Part shown: positions 19,520 through 29,903 of the stretch, piece by piece | How the letters are laid out: each line of letters opens with the position of its first letter | How positions within the stretch are numbered: the first letter of the stretch is position 1 | Origin: a bacterium | GTDB lineage: Bacteria; JAMCPX01 | Direction of reading: 5' to 3' | Length of the DNA stretch: 41,212 nt | Assembly (NCBI GenBank): GCA_037439545.1 | Contig: JBBIVV010000006.1 | Span: 28,475-69,686 of the forward strand | The notes under the pieces: model-generated | The model's database searches: none | Told to the model about the DNA's origin: nothing | What the model saw: only the letters and a program-made list of their open reading frames with translations | Program-made: the position numbers and the translations under genes

Positions 19520-20605
19520 CTACCATTTTGCAAATCCGTTTATAATGACTGCTATGAAAAAAGTAATAATGTTCGGCATCCATGCAGCAGTTGGAGGATT
19601 TAGTATGTCGGAATTCCCCATTGATAATGACAAAGCCATAAGTATCCAATAGCTGAACCCGACAGCAAGGGAGATTCCAAAAGCGAGCATCATACCCGAT
19701 GTTTTCCTTTTCTTCAGCGAGAATGGAATTACCAGCAGAATCACAAAAAGGGATGAAAGAGGATACGACAGTTTCGCGTTCAGATCCACATCATACGGTG
19801 CATAGGCATAGCCTTCTTCCTTTAACTTTTTTATGTAAGTCCTGAGTTCCTCATAGTTCATTTCATCGGGTGTCTTACCCGTGTGTTTAAAATCGGCAAG
19901 CGTGAGCGGAAGGGGCATTTTTGCCGATTCTGAAAATCTATAGCCTGTCTGATACCCTTGATTAAAATCTCTGATATGTATGCTGTTGAGATCCCAGTTG
20001 CTCTTATTCCATGTTGCAATCCCTATATCTATTCTGTCTTCCAGCATATCATTGTATTTTGAAAATTCATATATGGTAATGTCTTTCACCGTATCAATCC
20101 ATGGGATGAACAATCCGACTTTAATTATTTCATTGTTTGCCTTGAACCATATATTATTGACCTTGAAATTCTGTGAGAACTTCGATTGCGTATGATGAAT
20201 CCTTGAATCCATAATATCATTTTGTATATTTGCCTGCGGCACTATATATTCCCCTATCAGGAAATGCAGCACCGATAACAGCAGTATCGCGATTACCAGC
20301 GGTTTTACTATCGTTAACGGACTGATGCCTGTCGATAAAAGAGAGCCGATCTCATTGTTTTTGGACATTACGGTGTAAATGATAATGACGGTAAGCAGCG
20401 CTGCCATCGGTATCGTCTGATACACGATACCCGGAATCTGAGTCACATAATATATGACGACGGCATATACGGACGTATTGAATGAGAGTAAGCCTTTCAG
20501 GCTTTCAAATATATTTACAATAAGATAAAGACCCGACAAAACACTTATTGCTGTTATGTATATCCATATAAATTCCCTTACGAGATACCTGCTTAATACC
20601 TTCAT
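19520..20605 (-). CDS. lptG: LPS export ABC transporter permease LptG
   Basis: LSRYLVREF, MSKNNEI..L.STGIS, periplasmic beta-jellyroll, KLSYPLS, AAWMPNI. ATGA overlap with lptF. Confidence 0.9.
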   Translation of the reverse strand: MKVLSRYLVREFIWIYITAISVLSGLYLIVNIFESLKGLLSFNTSVYAVVIYYVTQIPGIVYQTIPMAALLTVIIIYTVMSKNNEIGSLLSTGISPLTIVKPLVIAILLLSVLHFLIGEYIVPQANIQNDIMDSRIHHTQSKFSQNFKVNNIWFKANNEIIKVGLFIPWIDTVKDITIYEFSKYNDMLEDRIDIGIATWNKSNWDLNSIHIRDFNQGYQTGYRFSESAKMPLPLTLADFKHTGKTPDEMNYEELRTYIKKLKEEGYAYAPYDVDLNAKLSYPLSSLFVILLVIPFSLKKRKTSGMMLAFGISLAVGFSYWILMALSLSMGNSDILNPPTAAWMPNIITFFIAVIINGFAKW

Positions 20606-21762
20606 AGGTGTTTTCTCAGATACATCTTTATAGAGGCGAGCGGATCAATGAGCCGGAATTTTTTTTCGTGCAAAACAATGTAAAATAGGGCACCGGCAAC
20701 AGTCAAAAAGAATAGATCCACAAGGGATATCGCAATAACCGGATTCAATATATTCAGTTTTCCAATAGTCTCTGCACCGCTTAACACGATATAGTATACG
20801 AGCACCATGACGACTGCAATAGTTATTCCATAAGCCTTGCCGGACCTTGGAGACCTTATGCCAAAAGGTATACCTATGATTGCGAATATAATTGCAGTGA
20901 ACGGTATAGCGAACCGTTCTGCAATGTCCGTGAGCAGGGAGTTGTCGTGTTTTTTCTCCTTTCTTAGTTTTTCATACTTTTTAATCAATTCAGGAATTGT
21001 CATCTCAAATGTAGTTTTATTATAAGATGACATGGACGGACTTATTTCGTTCTGGGAAAAGGCAAGGTCATAACCTTTAAAATTTATGATCCGGATTGTT
21101 TCCCTGTCCGCACTCACTTGCTGAATTGTACCGTCCTGCAGTGCCAGGACTATAGAATGATTCTGCTTGTCTACGATAAACCTGCCCTGCTTTGCGATGA
21201 TCGTTTCATGGAACTGCGGGTTTCTCATGTCGTATATGAGTATATTATTCATAAGTTCCCTGTCCGGTGAAAGGCTGTCGACATAAAAAGTAATATCTTT
21301 GGTAAAGGCGTTAAATGCTTTTTCATTGACTCCGACTGTAGTCTTCCTGATAATTATGTCGAAAAACTCGTTTTTTAACGCAATATTGGACGTGGGAAGA
21401 AGATAAAAAGATACAAAACTTGTCAGTACATAGCAGATCAGTCCGAGATAAATCGGGGCTTTTGACAACTTCGGCACTTCTATACCTATAGCTTTCATTG
21501 CTATAATTTCACTATCGCTGGAGAATCTGTTGAATGCGAGGACCACTGCGACAAGAACAGATATCGGTATTGCCAGAGCTAAAATGAACGGCGACATGTA
21601 CAAGAACAATAAACTTACCTCTTTGACAGACACCCCCTTTGCAATGATAAGATCAAAAAACCTTACCATTCTTCCGATAAGCATTAATGCAGTCGTTGCA
21701 AGCAGGCTTACGACAAACGGCGTCACCAACTCTCTCGTTATATATCTATCGATTATTTTCAT
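20602..21762 (-). CDS. lptF: LPS export ABC transporter permease LptF
   Basis: MKIIDRYITRE (start reset to ATG 21762), FNRFSSDSEIIAMKAIG, RFAIPF, IGIPFGIRSPRSGK. Confidence 0.9.
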   Translation of the reverse strand: MKIIDRYITRELVTPFVVSLLATTALMLIGRMVRFFDLIIAKGVSVKEVSLLFLYMSPFILALAIPISVLVAVVLAFNRFSSDSEIIAMKAIGIEVPKLSKAPIYLGLICYVLTSFVSFYLLPTSNIALKNEFFDIIIRKTTVGVNEKAFNAFTKDITFYVDSLSPDRELMNNILIYDMRNPQFHETIIAKQGRFIVDKQNHSIVLALQDGTIQQVSADRETIRIINFKGYDLAFSQNEISPSMSSYNKTTFEMTIPELIKKYEKLRKEKKHDNSLLTDIAERFAIPFTAIIFAIIGIPFGIRSPRSGKAYGITIAVVMVLVYYIVLSGAETIGKLNILNPVIAISLVDLFFLTVAGALFYIVLHEKKFRLIDPLASIKMYLRKHL

Positions 21763-21828
21763 GTATTGATTTCTAATATCAGGAAATGCACTGCTTGCAA
21801 ACAAGTTTATGGGAAAGAGAATATTGGT

Positions 21829-21857
21829 TTGACAATAGTGCATTCCCCATGTAAAAC
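21829..21857 (+). promoter_or_regulatory. Sigma70 promoter of the trp cluster
   Basis: TTGACA (21829-21834), 17-nt spacer, TAAAAC (21852-21857). GAGGTG RBS before GTG 21918. Confidence 0.55.
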
Positions 21858-21917
21858 TAACTGAAAAAAGATAAAAAAGAAGATTCATGAAGCATATACG
21901 AATAAAGAGGTGAGATC

Positions 21918-23417
21918 GTGGCATCAATTACAAATATATATCCATCTTATGGTGATTTCGTTCACCTTTCGAAAGATGCCAACATCATTCCTGTATATAC
22001 AGAGATGCTTTCAGATATAGAAACACCTGTTTCCGTATTACTGAAACTGAAACATCTTTCATATCCGTTCCTTTTGGAAAGTGTTGAAGGCGGAGAGAAG
22101 TGGGCAAGATACAGCTTTATAGGATTCGACCCATCCTCGGTGTTCAGGGTTAAGCAGAAGGACGTGTTTATCACAGATTATCGAAATGGGATTGGAAAAA
22201 CGAACACATACCGTGATGTTCCGGACCCCTTTGAGTTATTGAGAACGGAATTGAAAAAATACAAACCGGCTATTATAAAAGAACTGCCGCGTTTTGTCGG
22301 CGGGGCTGTAGGATATTTCGGTTATGATAGTGTAAAATTTTTCGAGAAAGTTCCCGACTTGCATAAAATTTCTCTCGGCTTCGAGGATGTATTCCTTCTG
22401 TTCACGGACAAACTTGTAATATTTGATAACCTCAAACACACCATTATTATCCTTTCAAATGCATTTATAAAGGATGGGAATACTAAAACAGCTTACAAAA
22501 ATGCAGCGGCTTCCGTGAGAAAAGTCATAGCAATCCTGAACAGACCTCTTGCCCTTCCGAAGGAAAAGCGGAACTACACGATAAAGCCGTTTCAATCGAA
22601 CATGTCACAGGATGAATATGAACGAATGGTTTTAAAGGGCAAGGAGCATATTGTAGAGGGAGATATTATTCAGGTGGTGTTATCCCAGAGGTTTTTCTCG
22701 AAATCGAGAATCAATCCACTTTCGTTTTACAGGGCACTCAGGCTTATCAATCCGTCTCCGTATATGTTTTATTTCAATTTTATGGATAAGTATATGATTG
22801 GTTCATCCCCTGAGGTACTCGTAAGATTCGAGGATGGAAAGGTTATTATAAGGCCCATAGCCGGCACAAGAAATCGCGGCAGGACGATAGAAGAGGACGC
22901 CGCACTTGAGAAAGAATTGCTGGCTGACGAGAAAGAACGCGCGGAGCATGTCATGCTTGTCGATCTCGCAAGGAATGATGTGGGACGGATTGCAAAGACC
23001 GCAAGTGTCAAGGTTGACGCTCTTATGATTGTGGAACGCTATTCGCATGTCATGCACATAGTGTCGGAGGTGAGCGGCAGCGTACAGGATGATAAGGATG
23101 CAGTCGACATACTGAAATCCGTATTCCCTGCCGGTACTCTTTCAGGTGCTCCGAAGGTCAAAGCAATGGAGATTATAGAGGAGCTCGAGAAAACCGCCAG
23201 AGGACCTTACGGCGGCGCAGTCGGTTATATCAGCTATACAGGCAGTATGGATACCTGTATCACCATAAGAACGGCCTTTGTCGATCCTCATGGCGTGTAT
23301 ATCCAGTCAGGCGCAGGTATCGTTTATGACTCACAGCCGGAAAAAGAGTACAGAGAAACGGGATCAAAGGCCCGGGCTTTGATGGAAGCTTTGAAAAAAT
23401 CGGTGGAAATAAAATAA
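21918..23417 (+). CDS. trpE: Anthranilate synthase component I
   Basis: DIETPVS, FLLESVEGGEKWARYSFIG, GDIIQVVLSQRF, NPSPYMFY, PIAGTR.RG, EHVMLVDLARND, PAGTLSGAPK. Confidence 0.97.
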   Translation: MASITNIYPSYGDFVHLSKDANIIPVYTEMLSDIETPVSVLLKLKHLSYPFLLESVEGGEKWARYSFIGFDPSSVFRVKQKDVFITDYRNGIGKTNTYRDVPDPFELLRTELKKYKPAIIKELPRFVGGAVGYFGYDSVKFFEKVPDLHKISLGFEDVFLLFTDKLVIFDNLKHTIIILSNAFIKDGNTKTAYKNAAASVRKVIAILNRPLALPKEKRNYTIKPFQSNMSQDEYERMVLKGKEHIVEGDIIQVVLSQRFFSKSRINPLSFYRALRLINPSPYMFYFNFMDKYMIGSSPEVLVRFEDGKVIIRPIAGTRNRGRTIEEDAALEKELLADEKERAEHVMLVDLARNDVGRIAKTASVKVDALMIVERYSHVMHIVSEVSGSVQDDKDAVDILKSVFPAGTLSGAPKVKAMEIIEELEKTARGPYGGAVGYISYTGSMDTCITIRTAFVDPHGVYIQSGAGIVYDSQPEKEYRETGSKARALMEALKKSVEIK

Positions 23418-23421
23418 AAAC

Positions 23422-24012
23422 ATGAAGATACTTGTGATCGATAATTACGATTCATTTACCTACAATCTCGTTCAATATCTCGGCGAACTCGGCGCTGATG
23501 TTGCCGTCTGCAGGAATGATGCAATAAAAGTCGATGAAATAAAAAACCTCGGTATCAGTGCCATTGTCATTTCACCGGGGCCTTCAACGCCTGCAGACGC
23601 AGGTATTACCGTCGATACGATAAAACGGTATGCAGGTATATATCCACTGCTCGGCGTATGCCTCGGGCATCAGTCAATCGGTTATGCATTCGGTGCAAAC
23701 ATTGTAAAGGCAGGCAGGATATATCACGGTAAAACATCCAAAATAAAGCACGACAGCTCCGGACTATTTGCAGGACTGGAGAATCCTCTGACAGCAACAA
23801 GATATCATTCACTGGTGATAGACAGAAAAACAATGCCTGCCGGATTTACTGACGAATTCATTATTACTGCGGAGTCACAGGAGGATGGAGAGATCATGGG
23901 GATCAGACACAAACGGTTTATCATCGAAGGCGTGCAGTTCCATCCCGAATCGATACTCACATTGAACGGTAAACAGATACTTGCGAATTTCTTAACCATG
24001 GTGAAAAGGTAA
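23422..24012 (+). CDS. trpG: Anthranilate synthase component II (glutamine amidotransferase)
   Basis: IDNYDSFTYNL, ISPGP, GVCLGHQ, RYHSL, GVQFHPES. Confidence 0.96.
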   Translation: MKILVIDNYDSFTYNLVQYLGELGADVAVCRNDAIKVDEIKNLGISAIVISPGPSTPADAGITVDTIKRYAGIYPLLGVCLGHQSIGYAFGANIVKAGRIYHGKTSKIKHDSSGLFAGLENPLTATRYHSLVIDRKTMPAGFTDEFIITAESQEDGEIMGIRHKRFIIEGVQFHPESILTLNGKQILANFLTMVKR

Positions 24013-24016
24013 TACT

Positions 24017-25030
24017 ATGATAAAAGAAGCAATTGATATGGCAGTACAGGGCATATCCCTTTCTGAACATGAAATGCAGGCTGTCATGAATGAGATTATG
24101 TCGGGTAATACGACAGACGCCCAAATCGCCTCACTCATCACGGCACTCAGGATAAAGGGCGAGACCGTCGATGAGATTACAGGAGCTGCGAAGGTAATGA
24201 GGGAAAAGTCCCTCAAAATCAATACGAAATATGACGTAGTACTCGATACCTGCGGAACAGGCGGTGACAGGAAGGGCACATTCAATGTATCCACTGCAAC
24301 GGCATTCATTGCAGCCGGTGCAGGAGTTAAAGTGGCAAAGCACGGCAACCGTTCCGTGTCTTCGAAAAGCGGGAGTGCGGATGTACTTGAAGCACTCGGT
24401 GTAGATATAAATGCCGAAAGTGTAAAGGCAGAATACCTTTTAAACAGAGTCGGCATGTGTTTTCTTTTTGCACCGCTTTATCATAAGGCAATGAGATATG
24501 CTATCGGACCGAGGAGAGAGATAGGCATAAGGACAATATTCAATATGCTCGGTCCGCTTACGAATCCTGCATGTGTGCGCTATCAGCTCATCGGCGTATA
24601 CAGTCCCGGACTCACCGAAACGATTGCGCATGTTTTACAAAATCTGGGAAGTATTTCTGCATGCGTAGTTCATGGGAGCGATGGAACCGATGAAATAACG
24701 ATCACGGGTACGACAAGTATATCGGAACTCAGAGACGGAAAGATTAAATCGTATGTGTTTAATCCTGAAGACTTCGGATATAGACTTGCTTCTCCGGAAG
24801 CACTGAATGGGGGAGATGCACATTACAACGCATCGATACTGAAAGACATTTTAAGCGGTGCCAGGGGACCTATGAGAGATATGACAGAAATGAACGGTGC
24901 GTTTGCACTTTACATTGCCGGAGCATCGGACACCATAAAAGATGCGATTACGCTTGCACGTAGTATCATTGATTCAGGCAAAGCACTGGCAAAATTTGAA
25001 GAATTCAGGCTGAGAAGCACTGAGGTATAA
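24017..25030 (+). CDS. trpD: Anthranilate phosphoribosyltransferase
   Basis: DTCGTGGD, FNVST, KHGNRSVSSKSGSADVLE, RTIFNMLGPLTNP. Confidence 0.97.
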   Translation: MIKEAIDMAVQGISLSEHEMQAVMNEIMSGNTTDAQIASLITALRIKGETVDEITGAAKVMREKSLKINTKYDVVLDTCGTGGDRKGTFNVSTATAFIAAGAGVKVAKHGNRSVSSKSGSADVLEALGVDINAESVKAEYLLNRVGMCFLFAPLYHKAMRYAIGPRREIGIRTIFNMLGPLTNPACVRYQLIGVYSPGLTETIAHVLQNLGSISACVVHGSDGTDEITITGTTSISELRDGKIKSYVFNPEDFGYRLASPEALNGGDAHYNASILKDILSGARGPMRDMTEMNGAFALYIAGASDTIKDAITLARSIIDSGKALAKFEEFRLRSTEV

Positions 25031-25033
25031 ATA

Positions 25034-25861
25034 ATGCCGGAACCGTCGAAGAAGAACAATTTCCTTACAGACATAGCTGCCGACAAGTACAAAGAGGTCG
25101 AACTGAAAAAACAGGCAATAGGTATTGAAGCCCTTATGAAAACTATCGGGGTTATCCCGCCGCCACGCTCTTTCGAGCAGGCGCTGGAAGTAAACGAAAC
25201 ACCGCGCATTATAGCTGAAATAAAAAGACGCTCACCTTCAAAGGGTTTGTTTGCCGAATCACTCGATATTAAACAGATTGCCGCTGGATATGCCGATGCC
25301 GGGGCTTCTGCAATATCGATACTGACCGATGAGATATACTTCGGCGGCAGCATAGACGATCTCATTGCGGTAAAACAGAGCGTTGAAATACCCGTTTTAA
25401 GAAAAGACTTTATCATAGATGAGTTTCAGGTGTATGAATCAAGAGCACGAGGAGCCGATACCCTGCTGCTTATAGTAAAGCTGCTGGGAAACAGTCTCAG
25501 CACTTACATAGGGCTTTCAAGAAAACTCGGTATGGAGCCATTGGTCGAAGTCCATAACGAGGATGAGCTTAAAACAGCATTGGATGCTGGTTCAAAGATA
25601 ATAGGCATAAATGCTAGAAACCTTGAAACCTTTAATGTAAACATAGATATTGTCGAGAAGCTTGCACAACACATTCCTGATACTATATATACGATAGCTG
25701 AGAGCGGCATAGTATCGACAGAGGTGATCTCTGAGTTTCTTAAGCTCGGGATAGATGGTTTTTTGATAGGAGAGACATTTATGCGTGCTGAGTCACCTGC
25801 GAGAAAACTCAAGGAATTTGTAGACAAATTTAGAATAAGTTCTTTTAAAGAAAGGAGATAA
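25034..25861 (+). CDS. trpC: Indole-3-glycerol phosphate synthase
   Basis: [43 protein letters not shown]. Confidence 0.96.
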   Translation: MPEPSKKNNFLTDIAADKYKEVELKKQAIGIEALMKTIGVIPPPRSFEQALEVNETPRIIAEIKRRSPSKGLFAESLDIKQIAAGYADAGASAISILTDEIYFGGSIDDLIAVKQSVEIPVLRKDFIIDEFQVYESRARGADTLLLIVKLLGNSLSTYIGLSRKLGMEPLVEVHNEDELKTALDAGSKIIGINARNLETFNVNIDIVEKLAQHIPDTIYTIAESGIVSTEVISEFLKLGIDGFLIGETFMRAESPARKLKEFVDKFRISSFKERR

Positions 25862-25862
25862 A

Positions 25863-27212
25863 ATGCAGACAAAGATAGTGCTTGATGAAACAGAAATACC
25901 AAGAAGATGGTACAACATCATGGCGGACATGCCAAAACCGCCTGCCCCGGTATTCCATCCCGGAACAAAAAAGCCCATCACGCCCGATGACCTTAAGCCT
26001 ATATTCCCCATGGGGCTTATAGAGCAGGAGGTTTCGGCAAAAAGATGGATAGATATACCTGAAGAGGTATTAAAGATTTATGGCTTATGGAGGCCGTCCC
26101 CTATGTTCAGGGCACACAACCTTGAAGCATATCTCAAAACACCGGCGAAGATATATTACAAAAACGAGAGCTTCAGCCCTCCCGGGAGCCATAAGCCGAA
26201 CACCGCTGTAGCACAGGCGTACTACAATAAAAAGGAAGGCATAAAAAGACTTGCAACCGAAACAGGTGCAGGACAATGGGGAAGCGCACTTGCAATGGCG
26301 GGCAGATTTTTCGGTCTGGATGTCACGGTTTATATGGTGCGTGTAAGCTACGATCAGAAGCCCTACAGAAGGATTATGATGGAGACATGGGGTGCCAACG
26401 TCCACGCAAGTCCGACAGACCTGACAAACTCGGGCAGGAAGGTCCTTGAGATGGATCCATCATCACCAGGAAGTCTCGGCATAGCCATAAGTGAAGCTGT
26501 TGAAGATGCGGCATCACACACAGATACGAACTATTCACTCGGCAGTGTTCTCAACCATGTACTGATTCACCAGAGTGTCATAGGTCTGGAAGCAAAAGAA
26601 CAATTTAAAAAGATCAACGAGTATCCTGATATTGTCATTGCATCATGCGGCGGCGGCAGTAATTTTGGCGGTATTGCATTTCCATTTATCATGGATAAGT
26701 TCGCAGGAAAGAATGTCAGGGCAATTGCAGTAGAGCCGTCATCATGCCCTACCCTCACCAAGGGCCCCTACACATACGACTTCGGTGACGAGGCAGGACT
26801 TACACCGCTTATCAAGATGTACACTCTTGGTCATAATTTCGTACCTCCCGGCATACACGCAGGAGGATTGAGATACCATGGAGATTCACCTCTTGTCAGC
26901 CAGCTCTACAACGAAGGCATCATAGAGGCCGTTGCTTATAATCAGCTCCCGGTATTTGAAGCAGCGTTGACCTTTGCGAGGACAGAGGGATTGATACCTG
27001 CACCTGAATCCGCACATGCCATACTCGGGGCGATAAACGAAGCTAAAAAGGCAAAGGAAGAAGGCAAAGAGAGGGTCATATTGTTTAATCTCAGCGGGCA
27101 TGGACATTTTGATCTTTCTGCTTACGATAGCTACCTGAGGGGCAAACTGCAGGATTATGAATATCCTGAAGCAGAGATAAAGAAATCTCTCAAAGATCTT
27201 CCGGTGTTATAA
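25863..27212 (+). CDS. trpB2: Tryptophan synthase beta chain, TrpB2 type
   Basis: 449 aa. [21 protein letters not shown] (PLP Lys), [47 protein letters not shown] are TrpB2 rather than TrpB1 signatures. Confidence 0.93.
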   Translation: MQTKIVLDETEIPRRWYNIMADMPKPPAPVFHPGTKKPITPDDLKPIFPMGLIEQEVSAKRWIDIPEEVLKIYGLWRPSPMFRAHNLEAYLKTPAKIYYKNESFSPPGSHKPNTAVAQAYYNKKEGIKRLATETGAGQWGSALAMAGRFFGLDVTVYMVRVSYDQKPYRRIMMETWGANVHASPTDLTNSGRKVLEMDPSSPGSLGIAISEAVEDAASHTDTNYSLGSVLNHVLIHQSVIGLEAKEQFKKINEYPDIVIASCGGGSNFGGIAFPFIMDKFAGKNVRAIAVEPSSCPTLTKGPYTYDFGDEAGLTPLIKMYTLGHNFVPPGIHAGGLRYHGDSPLVSQLYNEGIIEAVAYNQLPVFEAALTFARTEGLIPAPESAHAILGAINEAKKAKEEGKERVILFNLSGHGHFDLSAYDSYLRGKLQDYEYPEAEIKKSLKDLPVL

Positions 27213-27256
27213 AAAATATAAAGGGCAGACCCGGACCGTCTGCCCTTTATATTTTT
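27212..27256. terminator. Perfect 19-bp hairpin, likely bidirectional intrinsic terminator
   Basis: AAAAATATAAAGGGCAGAC (27212-27230), loop CCGGACC, GTCTGCCCTTTATATTTTT (27238-27256). Confidence 0.75.
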
Positions 27257-27333
27257 ATATACACCTGACCGCTCGACAAAAAGAGCTTTGTTTTACGGAC
27301 GAAGGATAATACTTTTTCTTAGAACTGGAGAAG

Positions 27334-27948
27334 ATGAAAGTAAAAATTTGCGGTATAACATCTATAAACGACGCTCTGAAAGCGTGCGAATCCGGTGCAG
27401 ACGCACTCGGCTTTGTGTTCTATAAAAAAAGCCCGAGGTATATTGCTCCCGGTGAAGCCGCTAAAATTATAGAGAAGCTGCCTGCTTTCGTGTCGACTGC
27501 CGGTGTATTCGTAGATGATAAAATTGAGGACATAATCGCGGTTATGCGGTCAACAGGTATCGATTATGCACAGCTCCACGGCAATGAGCCGATCAGTACA
27601 GTCTGCAAATTTGGCAGAAGAGCTATCAAGGCATTCAGAATAAATGACAATAATTCGATAGAACAGGTAAACAATTCGGGGCTCGGCATCGTATTGCTCG
27701 ACAGCTACACGGATGCCTACGGAGGTTCAGGCATGAGTTTCGATCACCGACTGTTAAAAAGCCTGTTACGCAATATAAAGGTTATCCTGTCAGGCGGCAT
27801 TACACCGGACAACGTACGCGGGATCCTCGATGTCTATACCCCTTATGCAATCGATGTATCGAGCGGAGTAGAAACCGCACCCGGAAAGAAATCAAAAGAA
27901 AAAATAAAAACTCTGTTTAAGAATATAGAACGATATAAAGAAAAATAA
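27334..27948 (+). CDS. trpF: Phosphoribosylanthranilate isomerase
   Basis: VKICGIT, GADALGFVF..KSPRYI, QLHGNE, LLDS....YGGSG, LSGGI, IDVSSGVE. Confidence 0.96.
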   Translation: MKVKICGITSINDALKACESGADALGFVFYKKSPRYIAPGEAAKIIEKLPAFVSTAGVFVDDKIEDIIAVMRSTGIDYAQLHGNEPISTVCKFGRRAIKAFRINDNNSIEQVNNSGLGIVLLDSYTDAYGGSGMSFDHRLLKSLLRNIKVILSGGITPDNVRGILDVYTPYAIDVSSGVETAPGKKSKEKIKTLFKNIERYKEK

Positions 27949-27969
27949 TATTTATGTTATAGTATACAT

Positions 27970-29886
27970 ATGACAAAAAGAAAATGGCTGGATATCTCAA
28001 TTATAAGTGCAATAACATGTGCATTGCTCATACCCTCTTTGAGCTCCGGTTTTGTAAACCTCGATGATAACTTTTATGTAACCGGTAACTTCTATATAAG
28101 GCATCTCACTCTAAGAAATATCGAATATTTTTTTACATCCTTCCACCACGGGGTCTATGCACCGATCCAGTATCTCACGTACATGTTCGTTTACCGCATA
28201 TCCGATTATCATGCCCTGTTCTATCATCTGACCGGTATTGTATTCTACCTCCTGCCGGGTATCATGGTATATCTTATAGTTGATAAGATACAGGACAGTA
28301 GATCCATAGCCTTCTTCTCAGCATTTCTGTTCCTCATTTCCCCGGTAAACATCGATTCGGCGGTCTGGGTGGCTGAGCTTAAGAACCCTCAATCATTAAG
28401 TTTTTTTCTGGCAAGTTTTTATCTCTATATGCTGTTCAGGGAAAGAAAAGTCCCTCCGGGTAAAAAAGACGCTCTTCCCGGCAGGGCAAAGAAATTCTAT
28501 CTATGCTCCCTCGCAGCGTTCTCCCTCGGACTGCTGGTAAAGCCTCCGGGGGCGACAGTGCTTCTCATGATGTTTCTGTATGATTTAATGAACGAGCAGG
28601 ATATAAAAGACAGCATAAAAAAACTTTCACCTTATGCATTGATGACAGGACCATTCATGATCGTTTACATGATAGGCCAGTCGACAATTGGCTCCTACCA
28701 TGGACTCATAAGAGGTAGTCTATGGTCACAGATAAAAACAATAATAGCAGTTGCAGCAGGTATATTTGAGTACCCTTCAAAGCTTATCCTTCCTGTAAAC
28801 CTGTCCGTGGCTTATCCTATCGACACTATAATTCCTTCTCCTGTTTTTGCGGCAAGTATGGGAGCAGTAGTACTCATTACAGCGGTCATAAGACACCTTA
28901 TGAAAATGAGAGACAAAAGACCTGTTTTCTGGCTTGGCTGGTATTTTGTAAACATGCTCCCTTACTACGGAATTATTGCAATGCCGTTCTTTGCCGACTG
29001 GTATTTATACATTCCATCGATAGGTATTTATACACTGATAATCATATCCATAACTGCATTGACGGACATGATCCATGACAGAACCCCAGAAAATCCGGAA
29101 AGAAAATCCTTTATGGACGCGCTTCCATGGCTTGCGTATGCCTTACTGATCTTTATCGTTCTTGTCTTCGGATTCTTTGGATTCAAAAGGCAGTTCGTCT
29201 GGGAAAACGACATACGTTTATGGAAAAGCTCTTTACAGTCTGTCGGCCCTGATCCCTATGTCCTGAGGAACCTGTCCATAGCATACTTCAAACACGATCA
29301 GCCATACAAAGGTATTGAATCCGGCATGGAACTCCTCGATAAGACCCCTGACTTCGTTATGATGAAATATCTTATAGGAAAAGGTTATGCGCAACTCGGC
29401 AATTATGTAAAAGCCATGGATGTTTTAAAAGATGCACTCGATCAGTTGGCTGTACTTGATAAAAAAGGCACCTCATATATGGCCGTTATGCCCGGACTTG
29501 GAGATACACCTGCAACATTAAAGTCCATGATATATACCGAAATGTCTGAAATACAATCAGACACAAACCAGATTGCCTCAGCTATTTCTTTACTCAACGA
29601 TGCTATTAATGCAGCACCTTATGCTCCTGCTTATGAAAAGCTCGCCTATATCTACACACAAATAAACCGCATAAATGACGCAAAGGACATTCTGGACAGA
29701 ATCACTGTTTTAAAGCCCGATGAACCAGATCCATGGCGTATGCTTGGTTACATAACGGCTGAGTATTACAATAATAAACAGCTCGCCGTGCAGTATTTTG
29801 AGAAAAGCCTCGAACTGGCGCCTGAACAGAACTATGCATATGAAATGGAAACGTTCATCAAACAATGGAAAACAAAGGCGCACTAA
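27970..29886 (+). CDS. TMTC-like GT-C membrane glycosyltransferase with C-terminal TPRs
   Basis: GFVNLDDNFYV (DD motif after TM1), YAPI, P...DSAVWVAELK, LLVKP, ILPVNLS..YP, ADWYLYIPS, VWEND..LW, then TPR-like helices. Confidence 0.8.
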   Translation: MTKRKWLDISIISAITCALLIPSLSSGFVNLDDNFYVTGNFYIRHLTLRNIEYFFTSFHHGVYAPIQYLTYMFVYRISDYHALFYHLTGIVFYLLPGIMVYLIVDKIQDSRSIAFFSAFLFLISPVNIDSAVWVAELKNPQSLSFFLASFYLYMLFRERKVPPGKKDALPGRAKKFYLCSLAAFSLGLLVKPPGATVLLMMFLYDLMNEQDIKDSIKKLSPYALMTGPFMIVYMIGQSTIGSYHGLIRGSLWSQIKTIIAVAAGIFEYPSKLILPVNLSVAYPIDTIIPSPVFAASMGAVVLITAVIRHLMKMRDKRPVFWLGWYFVNMLPYYGIIAMPFFADWYLYIPSIGIYTLIIISITALTDMIHDRTPENPERKSFMDALPWLAYALLIFIVLVFGFFGFKRQFVWENDIRLWKSSLQSVGPDPYVLRNLSIAYFKHDQPYKGIESGMELLDKTPDFVMMKYLIGKGYAQLGNYVKAMDVLKDALDQLAVLDKKGTSYMAVMPGLGDTPATLKSMIYTEMSEIQSDTNQIASAISLLNDAINAAPYAPAYEKLAYIYTQINRINDAKDILDRITVLKPDEPDPWRMLGYITAEYYNNKQLAVQYFEKSLELAPEQNYAYEMETFIKQWKTKAH

Positions 29887-29903
29887 ACAATCGATTCACA
29901 ATC

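Noticed and set aside
19341..19520. Possible c-di-GMP-I riboswitch, 6S or SRP RNA (GCAAACC start, long-range pairing)
   Set aside because: No GAAA/GCAAAG two-stem pattern and no SRP loop motif. The pairing is explained by the element's terminal repeats.
19182..19649. Short ORFs 19182-19439, 19351-19533 and 19395-19649
   Set aside because: They overlap yacG, lptG or the repeat element and show no recognisable motifs.
21763..21927. N-terminal extension of the 441-aa lptF ORF
   Set aside because: It crosses the divergent promoter region and the trpE start; family similarity begins at ATG 21762.
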